From Auanema rhodensis (taxonomy: Eukaryota; Animalia; Nematoda), in assembly GCA_964057225.1 (NCBI GenBank), contig OZ059894.1, forward strand, positions 4,092,001-4,156,000: a DNA stretch of 64,000 nt, read 5' to 3'. Each line of letters starts with the position of its first letter. Position 1 is the stretch's first letter. Shown here piece after piece: positions 11,901 to 27,500 of the stretch. Below the pieces are notes generated by a model that saw nothing but the letters and a program-made list of their open reading frames with translations, was not told where the DNA came from and made no database searches. Made by a program: the position numbers and the translations under genes.

Positions 11901-13689
11901 GTGCATTCGATGCGGATTTTTAAGCTGCGTCGATCTGTGTTATCAGATTTGCGCTAGCTTAAAAATGCACCGAGATATCAACTGATATAAGTTCACACTT
12001 ATATCCTCGATTTTCACCCTGAAGAATTAATTTTTTCGTTGAATAACATTGTCCATCGTCTTTGCCTTGAAAAATGGAATCTAAAAACATCTACTTTTTG
12101 CTAAATTATTTTGAAATTTTTCGAAAAAATTTTTGTCAAAATGTTTTTGGAAGCAATGTTGAGTGTACATGGAAACTCAACATACACTAATGCATCATTT
12201 TTCAAACAATCATAACTAATTTTTGTATTAAGCGTTTCTCAATGTAGTATAGTGCATTCGATGCGGATTTTTAAGCTGCGTCGATCTGTGTTATCAGATT
12301 TGCGCTAGCTTAAAAATGCACCGAGATATCAACTGATATAAGTTCACACTTATATCCTCGATTTTCACCCTGAAGAAATAATTTTTTCGTTGAATAACAT
12401 TGTCCATCGTTTTTGCCTTGAAAAAAGGAATCTAAAAACATCTACTTTTTGCTAAATTATTTTGAAATTTTTCGAAAAAATTTTTGTCAAAATGTTTTTG
12501 GAAGCAATGTTGAGTGTACATGGAAACTCAACATACACTAATGCATCATTTTTCAAACGATTATAACTAATTTTTGTATCAAGCGTTTCTTAATGTAGTA
12601 TAGTGCATTCGATCCGGATTTTTAAGCTGCGTCGATCTGTGTTATCAGATTTGCGCTAGCTTAAAAATGCACCGAGATATCAACTGAGATAAGTTCACAC
12701 TTATATCCTCGATTTTCACCCTGAAGAATTAATTTTTTCGTTGAATAACATTGTCCATCGTCTTTGCCTTGAAAAATGGAATCTAAAAACATCTACTTTT
12801 TGCTAAATTATTTTGAAATTTTTCGAAAAAATTTTTGTCAAAATGTTTTTGGAAGCAATGTTGAGTGTACATGGAAACTCAACATACACTAATGCATCAT
12901 TTTTCAAACGATCATAACTAATTTTTGTATCAAGCGTTTCTTAATGTAGTATAGTGCATTCGATCCGGATTTTTAAGCTGCGTCGATCTGTGTTATCAGA
13001 TTTGCGCTAGCTTAAAAATGCACCGAGATATCAACTGAGATAAGTTCACACTTATATCCTCGATTTTCACCCTGAAGAATTAATTTTTTCGTTGAATAAC
13101 ATTGTCCATCGTCTTTGCCTTGAAAAATGGAATCTAAAAACATCTACTTTTTGCTAAATTATTTTGAAATTTTTCGAAAAAATTTTTGTCAAAATGTTTT
13201 TGGAAGCAATGTTGAGTGTACATGGAAACTCAACATACACTAATGCATCATTTTTCAAACGATCATAACTAATTTTTGTATCAAGCGTTTCTTAATGTAG
13301 TATAGTGCATTCGATCCGGATTTTTAAGCTGCGTCGATCTGTGTTATCAGATTTGCGCTAGCTTAAAAATGCACCGAGATATCAACTGATATAAGTTCAC
13401 ACTTATATCCTCGATTTTCACCCTGAAGAATTAATTTTTTCGTTGAATAACATTGTCCATCGTCTTTGCCTTGAAAAATGGAATCTAAAAACATCTACTT
13501 TTTGCTAAATTATTTTGAAATTTTTCGAAAAAATTTTTGTCAAAATGTTTTTGGAAACAATGTTGAGTGTACATGGAAACTCAACATACACTAATGCATC
13601 ATTTTTCAAACGATCATAACTAATTTTTGTATCAAGCGTTTCTTAATGTAGTATAGTGCATTCGATCCGGATTTTTAAGCTGCGTCGAT

Positions 13690-16497
13690 CTGTGTTATCA
13701 GATTTGCGCTAGCTTAAAAATGCACCGAGATATCAACTGATATAAGTTCACACTTATATCCTCGATTTTCACCCTGAAGAATTAATTTTTTCGTTGAATA
13801 ACATTGTCCATCGTCTTTGCCTTGAAAAATGGAATCTAAAAACATCTACTTTTTGCTAAATTATTCTGAAATTTTTCGAAAAAATTTTTGTCAAAATGTT
13901 TTTGGAAGCAATGTTGAGTGTACATGGAAACTCAACATACACTAATGCATCATTTTTCAAACGATCATAACTAATTTTTGTATCAAGCGTTTCTTAATGT
14001 AGTATAGTGCATTCGATCCGGATTTTTAAGCTGCGTCGATCTGTGTTATCAGATTTGCGCTAGCTTAAAAATGCACCGAGATATCAACTGATATAAGTTC
14101 ACACTTATATCCTCGATTTTCACCCTGAAAAATTAATTTTTCCGTTGAATAACATTGTCCATCGTCTTTGCCTTGAAAAATGGAATCTAAAAACATCTAC
14201 TTTTTGCTAAATTATTTTGAAATTTTTCGAAAAAATTTTTGTCAAAATGTTTTTGGAAGCAATGTTGAGTGTACATGGAAACTCAACATACACTAATGCA
14301 TCATTTTTCAAACGATCATAACTTATTTTTGTAACAAGCGTTTCTCAATGTAGTATAGTGCATTCGATGCGGATTTTTAAGCTGCGTCGATCTGTGTTAT
14401 CAGATTTGCGCTAGCTTAAAAATGCACCGAGATATCAACTGATATAAGTTCACACTTATATCCTCGATTTTCACCCTGAAAAATTAATTTTTCCGTTGAA
14501 TAACATTGTCCATCGTCTTTGCCTTGAAAAATGGAATCTAAAAACATCTACTTTTTGCTAAATTATTTTGAAATTTTTCGAAAAAATTTTTGTCAAAATG
14601 TTTTTGGAAGCAATGTTGAGTGTACATGGAAACTCAACATACACTAATGCATCATTTTTCAAACGATCATAACTTATTTTTGTAACAAGCGTTTCTCAAT
14701 GTAGTATAGTGCATTCGATGCGGATTTTTAAGCTGCGTCGATCTGTGTTATCAGATTTGCGCTAGCTTAAAAATGCACCGAGATATCAACTGATATAAGT
14801 TCACACTTATATCCTAGATTTTCACCCTGAAGAATTAATTTTTTCGTTGAATAACATTGTCCATCGTCTTTGCCTTGAAAAAAGGAATCTAAAAACATCT
14901 ACTTTTTGCTAAATTATTTTGAAATTTTTCGAAAAAATTTTTGTCAAAATGTTTTTGGAAGCAATGTTGAGTGTACATGGAAACTCAACATACACTAATG
15001 CATCATTTTTCAAACGATCATAACTAATTTTTGTATTAAGCGTTTCTCAATGTAGTATAGTGCATTCGATGCGGATTTTTAAGCTGCGTCGATCTGTGTT
15101 ATCAGATTTGCGCTAGCTTAAAAATGCACCGAGATATCAACTGATATAAGTTCACACTTATATCCTCGATTTTCACCCTGAAGAATTAATTTTTTCGTTG
15201 AATAACATTGTCCATCGTCTTTGCCTTGAAAAATGGAATCTAAAAACATCTACTTTTTGCTAAATTATTCTGAAATTTTTCGAAAAAATTTTTGTCAAAA
15301 TGTTTTTGGAAGCAATGTTGAGTGTACATGGAAACTCAACATACACTAATGCATCATTTTTCAAACGATCATAACTAATTTTTGTATCAAGCGTTTCTTA
15401 ATGTAGTATAGTGCATTCGATCCGGATTTTTAAGCTGCGTCGATCTGTGTTATCAGATTTGCGCTAGCTTAAAAATGCACCGAGATATCAACTGATATAA
15501 GTTCACACTTATATCCTCGATTTTCACCCTGAAAAATTAATTTTTCCGTTGAATAACATTGTCCATCGTCTTTGCCTTGAAAAATGGAATCTAAAAACAT
15601 CTACTTTTTGCTAAATTATTTTGAAATTTTTCGAAAAAATTTTTGTCAAAATGTTTTTGGAAGCAATGTTGAGTGTACATGGAAACTCAACATACACTAA
15701 TGCATCATTTTTCAAACGATCATAACTTATTTTTGTAACAAGCGTTTCTCAATGTAGTATAGTGCATTCGATGCGGATTTTTAAGCTGCGTCGATCTGTG
15801 TTATCAGATTTGCGCTAGCTTAAAAATGCACCGAGATATCAACTGATATAAGTTCACACTTATATCCTCGATTTTCACCCTGAAAAATTAATTTTTCCGT
15901 TGAATAACATTGTCCATCGTCTTTGCCTTGAAAAATGGAATCTAAAAACATCTACTTTTTGCTAAATTATTTTGAAATTTTTCGAAAAAATTTTTGTCAA
16001 AATGTTTTTGGAAGCAATGTTGAGTGTACATGGAAACTCAACATACACTAATGCATCATTTTTCAAACGATCATAACTTATTTTTGTAACAAGCGTTTCT
16101 CAATGTAGTATAGTGCATTCGATGCGGATTTTTAAGCTGCGTCGATCTGTGTTATCAGATTTGCGCTAGCTTAAAAATGCACCGAGATATCAACTGATAT
16201 AAGTTCACACTTATATCCTAGATTTTCACCCTGAAGAATTAATTTTTTCGTTGAATAACATTGTCCATCGTCTTTGCCTTGAAAAAAGGAATCTAAAAAC
16301 ATCTACTTTTTGCTAAATTATTTTGAAATTTTTCGAAAAAATTTTTGTCAAAATGTTTTTGGAAGCAATGTTGAGTGTACATGGAAACTCAACATACACT
16401 AATGCATCATTTTTCAAACGATCATAACTAATTTTTGTATTAAGCGTTCTTCAATGTAGTATAGTACATTCGATGCGGATTTTTAAGCTGCGTCGAT
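13690..16497 (+). repeat. 4-mer higher-order duplication (1404 bp x2; monomers 40-43 and 44-47, pattern K-L-L-M)
   Basis: The series ttattctgaa / gaaaaattaatttttccg twice / cctagatt repeats once. These markers were seen only here. Confidence 0.92.
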
Positions 16498-19305
16498 CTG
16501 TGTTATCAGATTTGCGCTAGCTTAAAAATGCACCGAGATATCAACTGATATAAGTTCACACTTATATCCTCGATTTTCACCCTGAAGAATTAATTTTTTC
16601 GTTGAATAACATTGTCCATCGTCTTTGCCTTGAAAAAAGGAATCTAAAAACATTTACTTTTTGCTAAATTATTTTGAAATTTTTCGAAAAAATTTTTGTC
16701 AAAATGTTTTTGGAAGCAATGTTGAGTGTACATGGAAACTCAACATACACTAATGCATCATTTTTCAAACGATCATAACTAATTTTTGTATCAAGCGTTT
16801 CTTAATGTAGTATAGTGCATTCGATCCGGATTTTTAAGCTGCGTCGATCTGTGTTATCAGATTTGCGCTAGCTTAAAAATGCACCGAGATATCAACTGAG
16901 ATAAGTTCACACTTATATCCTCGATTTTCACCCTGAAGAATTAATTTTTTCGTTGAATAACATTGTCCATCGTCTTTGCCTTGAAAAATGGAATCTAAAA
17001 ACATCTACTTTTTGCTAAATTATTTTGAAATTTTTCGAAAAAATTTTTGTCAAAATGTTTTTGGAAGCAATGTTGAGTGTACATGGAAACTCAACATACA
17101 CTAATGCATCATTTTTCAAACGATCATAACTAATTTTTGTATCAAGCGTTTCTTAATGTAGTAAAGTGCATTCGATCCGGATTTTTAAGCTGCGTCGATC
17201 TGTGTTATCAGATTTGCGCTAGCTTAAAAATGCACCGAGATATCAACTGATATAAGTTCACACTTATATCCTCGATTTTCACCCTGAAGAATTAATTTTT
17301 TCGTTGAATAACATTGTCCATCGTCTTTGCCTTGAAAAATGGAATCTAAAAACACCTACTTTTTGCTAAATTATTTTGAAATTTTTCGAAAAAATTTTTG
17401 TCAAAATGTTTTTGGAAGCAATGTTGAGTGTACATGGAAACTCAACATACACTAATGCATCATTTTTCAAACGATCATAACTAATTTTTGTATCAAGCGT
17501 TTCTTAATGTAGTATAGTGCATTCGATCCGGATTTTTAAGCTGCGTCGATCTGTGTTATCAGATTTGCGCTAGCTTAAAAATGCACCGAGATATCAACTG
17601 ATATAAGTTCACACTTATATCCTCGATTTTCACCCTGAAGAATTAATTTTTTCGTTGAATAACATTGTCCATCGTCTTTGCCTTGAAAAATGGAATCTAA
17701 AAACATCTACTTTTTGCTAAATTATTTTGAAATTTTTCGAAAAAATTTTTGTCAAAATGTTTTTGGAAGCAATGTTGAGTGTACATGGAAACTCAACTTA
17801 CACTAATGCATCATTTTTCAAACGATCATAACTAATTTTTGTATCAAGCGTTTCTTAATGTAGTATAGTGCATTTGATCCGGATTTTTAAGCTGCGTCGA
17901 TCTGTGTTATCAGATTTGCGCTAGCTTAAAAATGCACCGAGATATCAACTGATATAAGTTCACACTTATATCCTCGATTTTCACCCTGAAGAATTAATTT
18001 TTTCGTTGAATAACATTGTCCATCGTCTTTGCCTTGAAAAAAGGAATCTAAAAACATCTACTTTTTGCTAAATTATTTTGAAATTTTTCGAAAAAATTTT
18101 TGTCAAAATGTTTTTGGAAGCAATGTTGAGTGTACATGGAAACTCAACATACACTAATGCATCATTTTTCAAACGATCATAACTAATTTTTGTATTAAGC
18201 GTTTCTCAATGTAGTATAGTGCATTCGATGCGGATTTTTAAGCTGCGTCGATCTGTGTTATCAGATTTGCGCTAGCTTAAAAATGCACCGAGATATCAAC
18301 TGATATAAGTTCACACTTATATCCTCGATTTTCACCCTGAAGAATTAATTTTTTCGTTGAATAACATTGTCCATCGTCTTTGCCTTGAAAAATGGAATCT
18401 AAAAACATCTACTTTTTGCTAAATTATTTTGAAATTTTTCGAAAAAATTTTTGTCAAAATGTTTTTGGAAGCAATGTTGAGTGTACATGGAAACTCAACA
18501 TACACTAATGCATCATTTTTCAAACGATCATAACTAATTTTTGTATTAAGCGTTTCTCAATGTAGTATAGTGCATTCGATGCGGATTTTTAAGCTGCGTC
18601 GATCTGTGTTATCAGATTTGCGCTAGCTTAAAAATGCACCGAGATATCAACTGATATAAGTTCACACTTATATCCTCGATTTTCACCCTGAAGAATTAAT
18701 TTTTTCGTTGAATAACATTGTCCATCGTCTTTGCCTTGAAAAATGGAATCTAAAAACATCTACTTTTTGCTAAATTATTTTGAAATTTTTCGAAAAAATT
18801 TTTGTCAAAATGTTTTTGGAAGCAATGTTGAGTGTACATGGAAACTCAACATACACTAATGCATCATTTTTCAAACGATCATAACTAATTTTTGTATTAA
18901 GCGTTTCTCAATGTAGTATAGTGCATTCGATGCGGATTTTTAAGCTGCGTCGATCTGTGTTATCAGATTTGCGCTAGCTTAAAAATGCACCGAGATATCA
19001 ACTGATATAAGTTCACACTTATATCCTCGATTTTCTACCTGAAGAATTAATTTTTTCGTTGAATAACATTGTCCATCGTCTTTGCCTTAAAAAATTGAAT
19101 CTAAAAACATCTACTTTTTGCTAAATTATTTTGAAATTTTTCGAAAAAATTTTTGTCAAAATGTTTTTGGAAGCAATGTTGAGTGTACATGGAAACTCAA
19201 CATACACTAATGCATCATTTTTCAAACGATCATAACTAATTTTTGTATTAAGCGTTCTTCAATGTAGTATAGTGCATTCGATCCGGATTTTTAAGCTGCG
19301 TCGAT

Positions 19306-22113
19306 CTGTGTTATCAGATTTGCGCTAGCTTAAAAATGCACCGAGATATCAACTGATATAAGTTCACACTTATATCCTCGATTTTCTACCTGAAGAATTA
19401 ATTTTTTCGTTGAATAACATTGTCCATCGTCTTTGCCTTGAAAAAAGGAATCTAAAAACATCTACTTTTTGCTAAATTATTTTGAAATTTTTCGAAAAAA
19501 TTTTTGTCAAAATGTTTTTGGAAGCAATGTTGAGTGTACATGGAAACTCAACATACACTAATGCATCATTTTTCAAACGATCATAACTAATTTTTGTATC
19601 AAGCGTTTCTTAATGTAGTATAGTGCATTCGATCCGGATTTTTAAGCTGCGTCGATCTGTGTTATCAGATTTGCGCTAGCTTAAAAATGCACCGAGATAT
19701 CAACTTTTATAAGTTCACACTTATATCCTCGATTTTCACCCTGAAGAATTAATTTTTTCGTTGAATAACATTGTCCATCGTCTTTGCCTTGAAAAATGGA
19801 ATCTAAAAACATCTACTTTTTGCTAAATTATTTTGAAATTTTTCGAAAAAATTTTTGTCAAAATGTTTTTGGAAGCAATGTTGAGTGTACATGGAAACTC
19901 AACATACACTAATGCATCATTTTTCAAACGATCATAACTTATTTTTGTAACAAGCGTTTCTCAATGTAGTATAGTGCATTCGATGCGGATTTTTAAGCTG
20001 CGTCGATCTGTGTTATCAGATTTGCGCTAGCTTAAAAATGCACCGAGATATCAACTGATATAAGTTCACACTTATATCCTCGATTTTCTACCTGAAGAAT
20101 TAATTTTTTCGTTGAATAACATTGTCCATCGTCTTTGCCTTAAAAAATTGAATCTAAAAACATCTACTTTTTGCTAAATTATTTTGAAATTTTTCGAAAA
20201 AATTTTTGTCAAAATGTTTTTGGAAGCAATGTTGAGTGTACATGGAAACTCAACATACACTAATGCATCATTTTTCAAACGATCATAACTTATTTTTGTA
20301 ACAAGCGTTTCTCAATGTAGTATAGTGCATTCGATGCGGATTTTTAAGCTGCGTCGATCTGTGTTATCAGATTTGCGCTAGCTTAAAAATGCACCGAGAT
20401 ATCAACTGATATAAGTTCACACTTATATCCTCGATTTTCTACCTGAAGAATTAATTTTTTCGTTGAATAACATTGTCCATCGTCTTTGCCTTAAAAAATT
20501 GAATCTAAAAACATCTACTTTTTGCTAAATTATTTTGAAATTTTTCGAAAAAATTTTTGTCAAAATGTTTTTGGAAGCAATGTTGAGTGTACATGGAAAC
20601 TCAACATACACTAATGCATCATTTTTCAAACGATTATAACTAATTTTTGTATCAAGCGTTTCTCAATGTAGTATAGTGCATTCGATGCGGATTTTTAAGC
20701 TGCGTCGATCTGTGTTATCAGATTTGCGCTAGCTTAAAAATGCACCGAGATATCAACTGATATAAGTTCACACTTATATCCTCGATTTTCTACCTGAAGA
20801 ATTAATTTTTTCGTTGAATAACATTGTCCATCGTCTTTGCCTTGAAAAAAGGAATCTAAAAACATCTACTTTTTGCTAAATTATTTTGAAATTTTTCGAA
20901 AAAATTTTTGTCAAAATGTTTTTGGAAGCAATGTTGAGTGTACATGGAAACTCAACATACACTAATGCATCATTTTTCAAACGATCATAACTAATTTTTG
21001 TATCAAGCGTTTCTTAATGTAGTATAGTGCATTCGATCCGGATTTTTAAGCTGCGTCGATCTGTGTTATCAGATTTGCGCTAGCTTAAAAATGCACCGAG
21101 ATATCAACTTTTATAAGTTCACACTTATATCCTCGATTTTCACCCTGAAGAATTAATTTTTTCGTTGAATAACATTGTCCATCGTCTTTGCCTTGAAAAA
21201 TGGAATCTAAAAACATCTACTTTTTGCTAAATTATTTTGAAATTTTTCGAAAAAATTTTTGTCAAAATGTTTTTGGAAGCAATGTTGAGTGTACATGGAA
21301 ACTCAACATACACTAATGCATCATTTTTCAAACGATCATAACTTATTTTTGTAACAAGCGTTTCTCAATGTAGTATAGTGCATTCGATGCGGATTTTTAA
21401 GCTGCGTCGATCTGTGTTATCAGATTTGCGCTAGCTTAAAAATGCACCGAGATATCAACTGATATAAGTTCACACTTATATCCTCGATTTTCTACCTGAA
21501 GAATTAATTTTTTCGTTGAATAACATTGTCCATCGTCTTTGCCTTAAAAAATTGAATCTAAAAACATCTACTTTTTGCTAAATTATTTTGAAATTTTTCG
21601 AAAAAATTTTTGTCAAAATGTTTTTGGAAGCAATGTTGAGTGTACATGGAAACTCAACATACACTAATGCATCATTTTTCAAACGATCATAACTTATTTT
21701 TGTAACAAGCGTTTCTCAATGTAGTATAGTGCATTCGATGCGGATTTTTAAGCTGCGTCGATCTGTGTTATCAGATTTGCGCTAGCTTAAAAATGCACCG
21801 AGATATCAACTGATATAAGTTCACACTTATATCCTCGATTTTCTACCTGAAGAATTAATTTTTTCGTTGAATAACATTGTCCATCGTCTTTGCCTTAAAA
21901 AATTGAATCTAAAAACATCTACTTTTTGCTAAATTATTTTGAAATTTTTCGAAAAAATTTTTGTCAAAATGTTTTTGGAAGCAATGTTGAGTGTACATGG
22001 AAACTCAACATACACTAATGCATCATTTTTCAAACGATTATAACTAATTTTTGTATCAAGCGTTTCTCAATGTAGTATAGTGCATTCGATGCGGATTTTT
22101 AAGCTGCGTCGAT
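19306..22113 (+). repeat. 4-mer higher-order duplication (1404 bp x2; monomers 56-59 and 60-63)
   Basis: Ordered repetition of tctacc+aagg / caactttt+acttat / tctacc+aattg+acttat / tctacc+aattg+cgattat. Confidence 0.88.
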
Positions 22114-22464
22114 CTGTGTTATCAGATTTGCGCTAGCTTAAAAATGCACCGAGATATCAACTTTTATAAGTTCACACTTATATCCTCGATTTTCACCCTG
22201 AAGAATTAATTTTTTCGTTGAATAACATTGTCCATCGTCTTTGCCTTGAAAAATGGAATCTAAAAACATCTACTTTTTGCTAAATTATTTTGAAATTTTT
22301 CGAAAAAATTTTTGTCAAAATGTTTTTGGAAGCAATGTTGAGTGTACATGGAAACTCAACATACACTAATGCATCATTTTTCAAACGATCATAACTTATT
22401 TTTGTAACAAGCGTTTCTCAATGTAGTATAGTGCATTCGATGCGGATTTTTAAGCTGCGTCGAT

Positions 22465-24570
22465 CTGTGTTATCAGATTTGCGCTAGCTTAAAAATGCAC
22501 CGAGATATCAACTGATATAAGTTCACACTTATATCCTCGATTTTCTACCTGAAGAATTAATTTTTTCGTTGAATAACATTGTCCATCGTCTTTGCCTTGA
22601 AAAAAGGAATCTAAAAACATCTACTTTTTGCTAAATTATTTTGAAATTTTTCGAAAAAATTTTTGTCAAAATGTTTTTGGAAGCAATGTTGAGTGTACAT
22701 GGAAACTCAACATACACTAATGCATCATTTTTCAAACGATCATAACTAATTTTTGTATCAAGCGTTTCTTAATGTAGTATAGTGCATTCGATCCGGATTT
22801 TTAAGCTGCGTCGATCTGTGTTATCAGATTTGCGCTAGCTTAAAAATGCACCGAGATATCAACTGATATAAATTCACACTTATATCCTCGATTTTCACCC
22901 TGAAGAATTAATTTTTTCGTTGAATAACATTGTCCATCGTCTTTGCCTTGAAAAATGGAATCTAAAAACATCTACTTTTTGCTAAATTATTTTGAAATGT
23001 TTCGAAAAAATTTTTGTCAAAATGTTTTTGGAAGCAATGTTGAGTGTACATGGAAACTCAACATACACTAATGCATCATTTTTCAAACGATCATAACTTA
23101 TTTTTGTAACAAGCGTTTCTCAATGTAGTATAGTGCATTCGAGGCGGATTTTTAAGCTGCGTCGATCTGTGTTATCAGATTTGCGCTAGCTTAAAAATGC
23201 ACCGAGATATCAACTGATATAAGTTCACACTTATATCCTCGATTTTCTACCTGAAGAATTAATTTTTTCGTTGAATAACATTGTCCATCGTCTTTGCCTT
23301 AAAAAATTGAATCTAAAAACATCTACTTTTTGCTAAATTATTTTGAAATTTTTCGAAAAAATTTTTGTCAAAATGTTTTTGGAAGCAATGTTGAGTGTAC
23401 ATGGAAACTCAACATACACTAATGCATCATTTTTCAAACGATCATAACTAATTTTTGTATTAAGCGTTCTTCAATGTAGTATAGTGCATTCGATCCGGAT
23501 TTTTAAGCTGCGTCGATCTGTGTTATCAGATTTGCGCTAGCTTAAAAATGCACCGAGATATCAACTGATATAAGTTCACACTTATATCCTCGATTTTCTA
23601 CCTGAAGAATTAATTTTTTCGTTGAATAACATTGTCCATCGTCTTTGCCTTGAAAAAAGGAATCTAAAAACATCTACTTTTTGCTAAATTATTTTGAAAT
23701 TTTTCGAAAAAATTTTTGTCAAAATGTTTTTGGAAGCAATGTTGAGTGTACATGGAAACTCAACATACACTAATGCATCATTTTTCAAACGATCATAACT
23801 AATTTTTGTATCAAGCGTTTCTTAATGTAGTATAGTGCATTCGATCCGGATTTTTAAGCTGCGTCGATCTGTGTTATCAGATTTGCGCTAGCTTAAAAAT
23901 GCACCGAGATATCAACTGATATAAATTCACACTTATATCCTCGATTTTCACCCTGAAGAATTAATTTTTTCGTTGAATAACATTGTCCATCGTCTTTGCC
24001 TTGAAAAATGGAATCTAAAAACATCTACTTTTTGCTAAATTATTTTGAAATTTTTCGAAAAAATTTTTGTCAAAATGTTTTTGGAAGCAATGTTGAGTGT
24101 ACATGGAAACTCAACATACACTAATGCATCATTTTTCAAACGATCATAACTTATTTTTGTAACAAGCGTTTCTCAATGTAGTATAGTGCATTCGAGGCGA
24201 ATTTTTAAGCTGCGTCGATCTGTGTTATCAGATTTGCGCTAGCTTAAAAATGCACCGAGATATCAACTGATATAAGTTCACACTTATATCCTCGATTTTC
24301 TACCTGAAGAATTAATTTTTTCGTTGAATAATATTGTCCATCGTCTTTGCCTTAAAAAATTGAATCTAAAAACATCTACTTTTTGCTAAATTATTTTGAA
24401 ATTTTTCGAAAAAATTTTTGTCAAAATGTTTTTGGAAGCAATGTTGAGTGTACATGGAAACTCAACATACACTAATGCATCATTTTTCAAACGATCATAA
24501 CTAATTTTTGTATTAAGCGTTCTTCAATGTAGTATAGTGCATTCGATCCGGATTTTTAAGCTGCGTCGAT
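22465..24570 (+). repeat. 3-mer higher-order duplication (1053 bp x2; monomers 65-67 and 68-70), with a third diverged copy at 25624-26676
   Basis: ataaattcac occurs in monomers 66, 69 and 75, and cgaggcg in 66 and 69, each flanked by tctacc monomers. Confidence 0.85.
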
Positions 24571-27500
24571 CTGTGTTATCAGATTTGCGCTAGCTTAAAA
24601 ATGCACCGAGATATCAACTGATATAAGTTCACACTTATATCCTCGATTTTCACCCTGAAGAATTAATTTTTTCGTTGAATAACATTGTCCATCGTCTTTG
24701 CCTTGAAAAAAGGAATCTAAAAACATCTACTTTTTGCTAAATTATTTTGAAATTTTTCGAAAAAATTTTTGTCAAAATGTTTTTGGAAGCAATGTTGAGT
24801 GTACATGGAAACTCAACATACACTAATGCATCATTTTTCAAACGATCATAACTAATTTTTGTATTAAGCGTTCTTCAATGTAGTATAGTGCATTCGATCC
24901 GGATTTTTAAGCTGCGTCGATCTGTGTTATCAGATTTGCGCTAGCTTAAAAATGCACCGAGATATCAACTGATATAAGTTCACAGTTATATCCTCGATTT
25001 TCACCCTGAAGAATTAATTTTTTCGTTGAATAACATTGTCCATCGTCTTTGCCTTGAAAAAAGGAATCTGAAAACATCTACTTTTTGCTAAATTATTTTG
25101 AAATTTTTCGAAAAAATTTTTGTCAAAATGTTTTTGGAAGCAATGTTGAGTGTACATGGAAACTCAACATACACTAATGCATCATTTTTCAAACGATTAT
25201 AACTAATTTTTGTATCAAGCGTTTCTCAATGTAGTATAGTGCATTCGATGCGGATTTTTAAGCTGCGTCGATCTGTGTTATCAGATTTGCGCTAGCTTAA
25301 AAATGCACCGAGATATCAACTTTTATAAGTTCACACTTATATCCTCGATTTTCACCCTGAAGAATTAATTTTTTCGTTGAATAACATTGTCCATCGTCTT
25401 TGCCTTGAAAAATGGAATCTAAAAACATCTACTTTTTGCTAAATTATTTTGAAATTTTTCGAAAAAATTTTTGTCAAAATGTTTTTGGAAGCAATGTTGA
25501 GTGTACATGGAAACTCAACATACACTAATGCATCATTTTTCAAACGATCATAACTTATTTTTGTAACAAGCGTTTCTCAATGTAGTATAGTGCATTCGAT
25601 GCGGATTTTTAAGCTGCGTCGATCTGTGTTATCAGATTTGCGCTAGCTTAAAAATGCACCGAGATATTAACTGATATAAGTTCACACTTATATCCTCGAT
25701 TTTCTACCTGAAGAATTAATTTTTTCGTTGAATAACATTGTCCATCGTCTTTGCCTTGAAAAAAGGAATCTAAAAACATCTACTTTTTGCTAAATTATTT
25801 TGAAATTTTTCGAAAAAATTTTTGTCAAAATGTTTTTGGAAGCAATGTTGAGTGTACATGGAAACTCAACATACACTAATGCATCATTTTTCAAACGATC
25901 ATAACTAATTTTTGTATTAAGCGTTTCTTAATGTAGTATAGTGCATTCGATCCGGATTTTTAAGCTGCGTCGATCTGTGTTATCAGATTTGCGCTAGCTT
26001 AAAAATGCACCGAGATATCAACTGATATAAATTCACACTTATATCCTCGATTTTCACCCTGAAGAATTAATTTTTTCGTTGAATAACATTGTCCATCGTC
26101 TTTGCCTTGAAAAATGGAATCTAAAAACATCTACTTTTTGCTAAATTATTTTGAAATTTTTCGAAAAAATTTTTGTCAAAATGTTTTTGGAAGCAATGTT
26201 AAGTGTACATGGAAACTCAACATACACTAATGCATCATTTTTCAAACGATCATAACTTATTTTTGTAACAAGCGTTTCTCAATGTAGTATAGTGCATTCG
26301 ATGCGGATTTTTAAGCTGCGTCGATCTGTGTTATCAGATTTGCGCTAGCTTAAAAATGCACCGAGATATCAACTGATATAAGTTCACACTTATATCCTCG
26401 ATTTTCTACCTGAAGAATTAATTTTTTCGTTGAATAACATTGTCCATCGTCTTTGCCTTAAAAAATTGAATCTAAAAACATCTACTTTTTGCTAAATTAT
26501 TTTGAAATTTTTCGAAAAAATTTTTGTCAAAATGTTTTTGGAAGCAATGTTGAGTGTACATGGAAACTCAACATACACTAATGCATCATTTTTCAAACGA
26601 TCATAACTAATTTTTGTATTAAGCGTTCTTCAATGTAGTATAGTGCATTCGATCCGGATTTTTAAGCTGCGTCGATCTGTGTTATCAGATTTGCGCTAGC
26701 TTAAAAATGCACCGAGATATCAACTGATATAAGTTCACACTTATATCCTCGATTTTCACCCTGAAGAATTAATTTTTTCGTTGAATAACATTGTCCATCG
26801 TCTTTGCCTTGAAAAAAGGAATCTAAAAACATCTACTTTTTGCTAAATTATTTTGAAATTTTTCGAAAAAATTTTTGTCAAAATGTTTTTGGAAGCAATG
26901 TTGAGTGTACATGGAAACTCAACATACACTAATGCATCATTTTTCAAACGATCATAACTAATTTTTGTATCAAGCGTTTCTTAATGTAGTATAGTGCATT
27001 CGATCCGGATTTTTAAGCTGCGTCGATCTGTGTTATCAGATTTGCGCTAGCTTAAAAATGCACCGAGATATCAACTGATATAAGTTCACACTTATATCCT
27101 CGATTTTCACCCTGAAGAATTAATTTTTTCGTTGAATAACATTGTCCATCGTCTTTGCCTTGAAAAAAGGAATCTGAAAACATCTACTTTTTGCTAAATT
27201 ATTTTGAAATTTTTCGAAAAAATTTTTGTCAAAATGTTTTTGGAAGCAATGTTGAGTGTACATGGAAACTCAACATACACTAATGCATCATTTTTCAAAC
27301 GATTATAACTAATTTTTGTATCAAGCGTTTCTCAATGTAGTATAGTGCATTCGATGCGGATTTTTAAGCTGCGTCGATCTGTGTTATCAGATTTGCGCTA
27401 GCTTAAAAATGCACCGAGATATCAACTGATATAAGTTCACACTTATATCCTCGATTTTCACCCTGAAGAATTAATTTTTTCGTTGAATAACATCGTCCAT

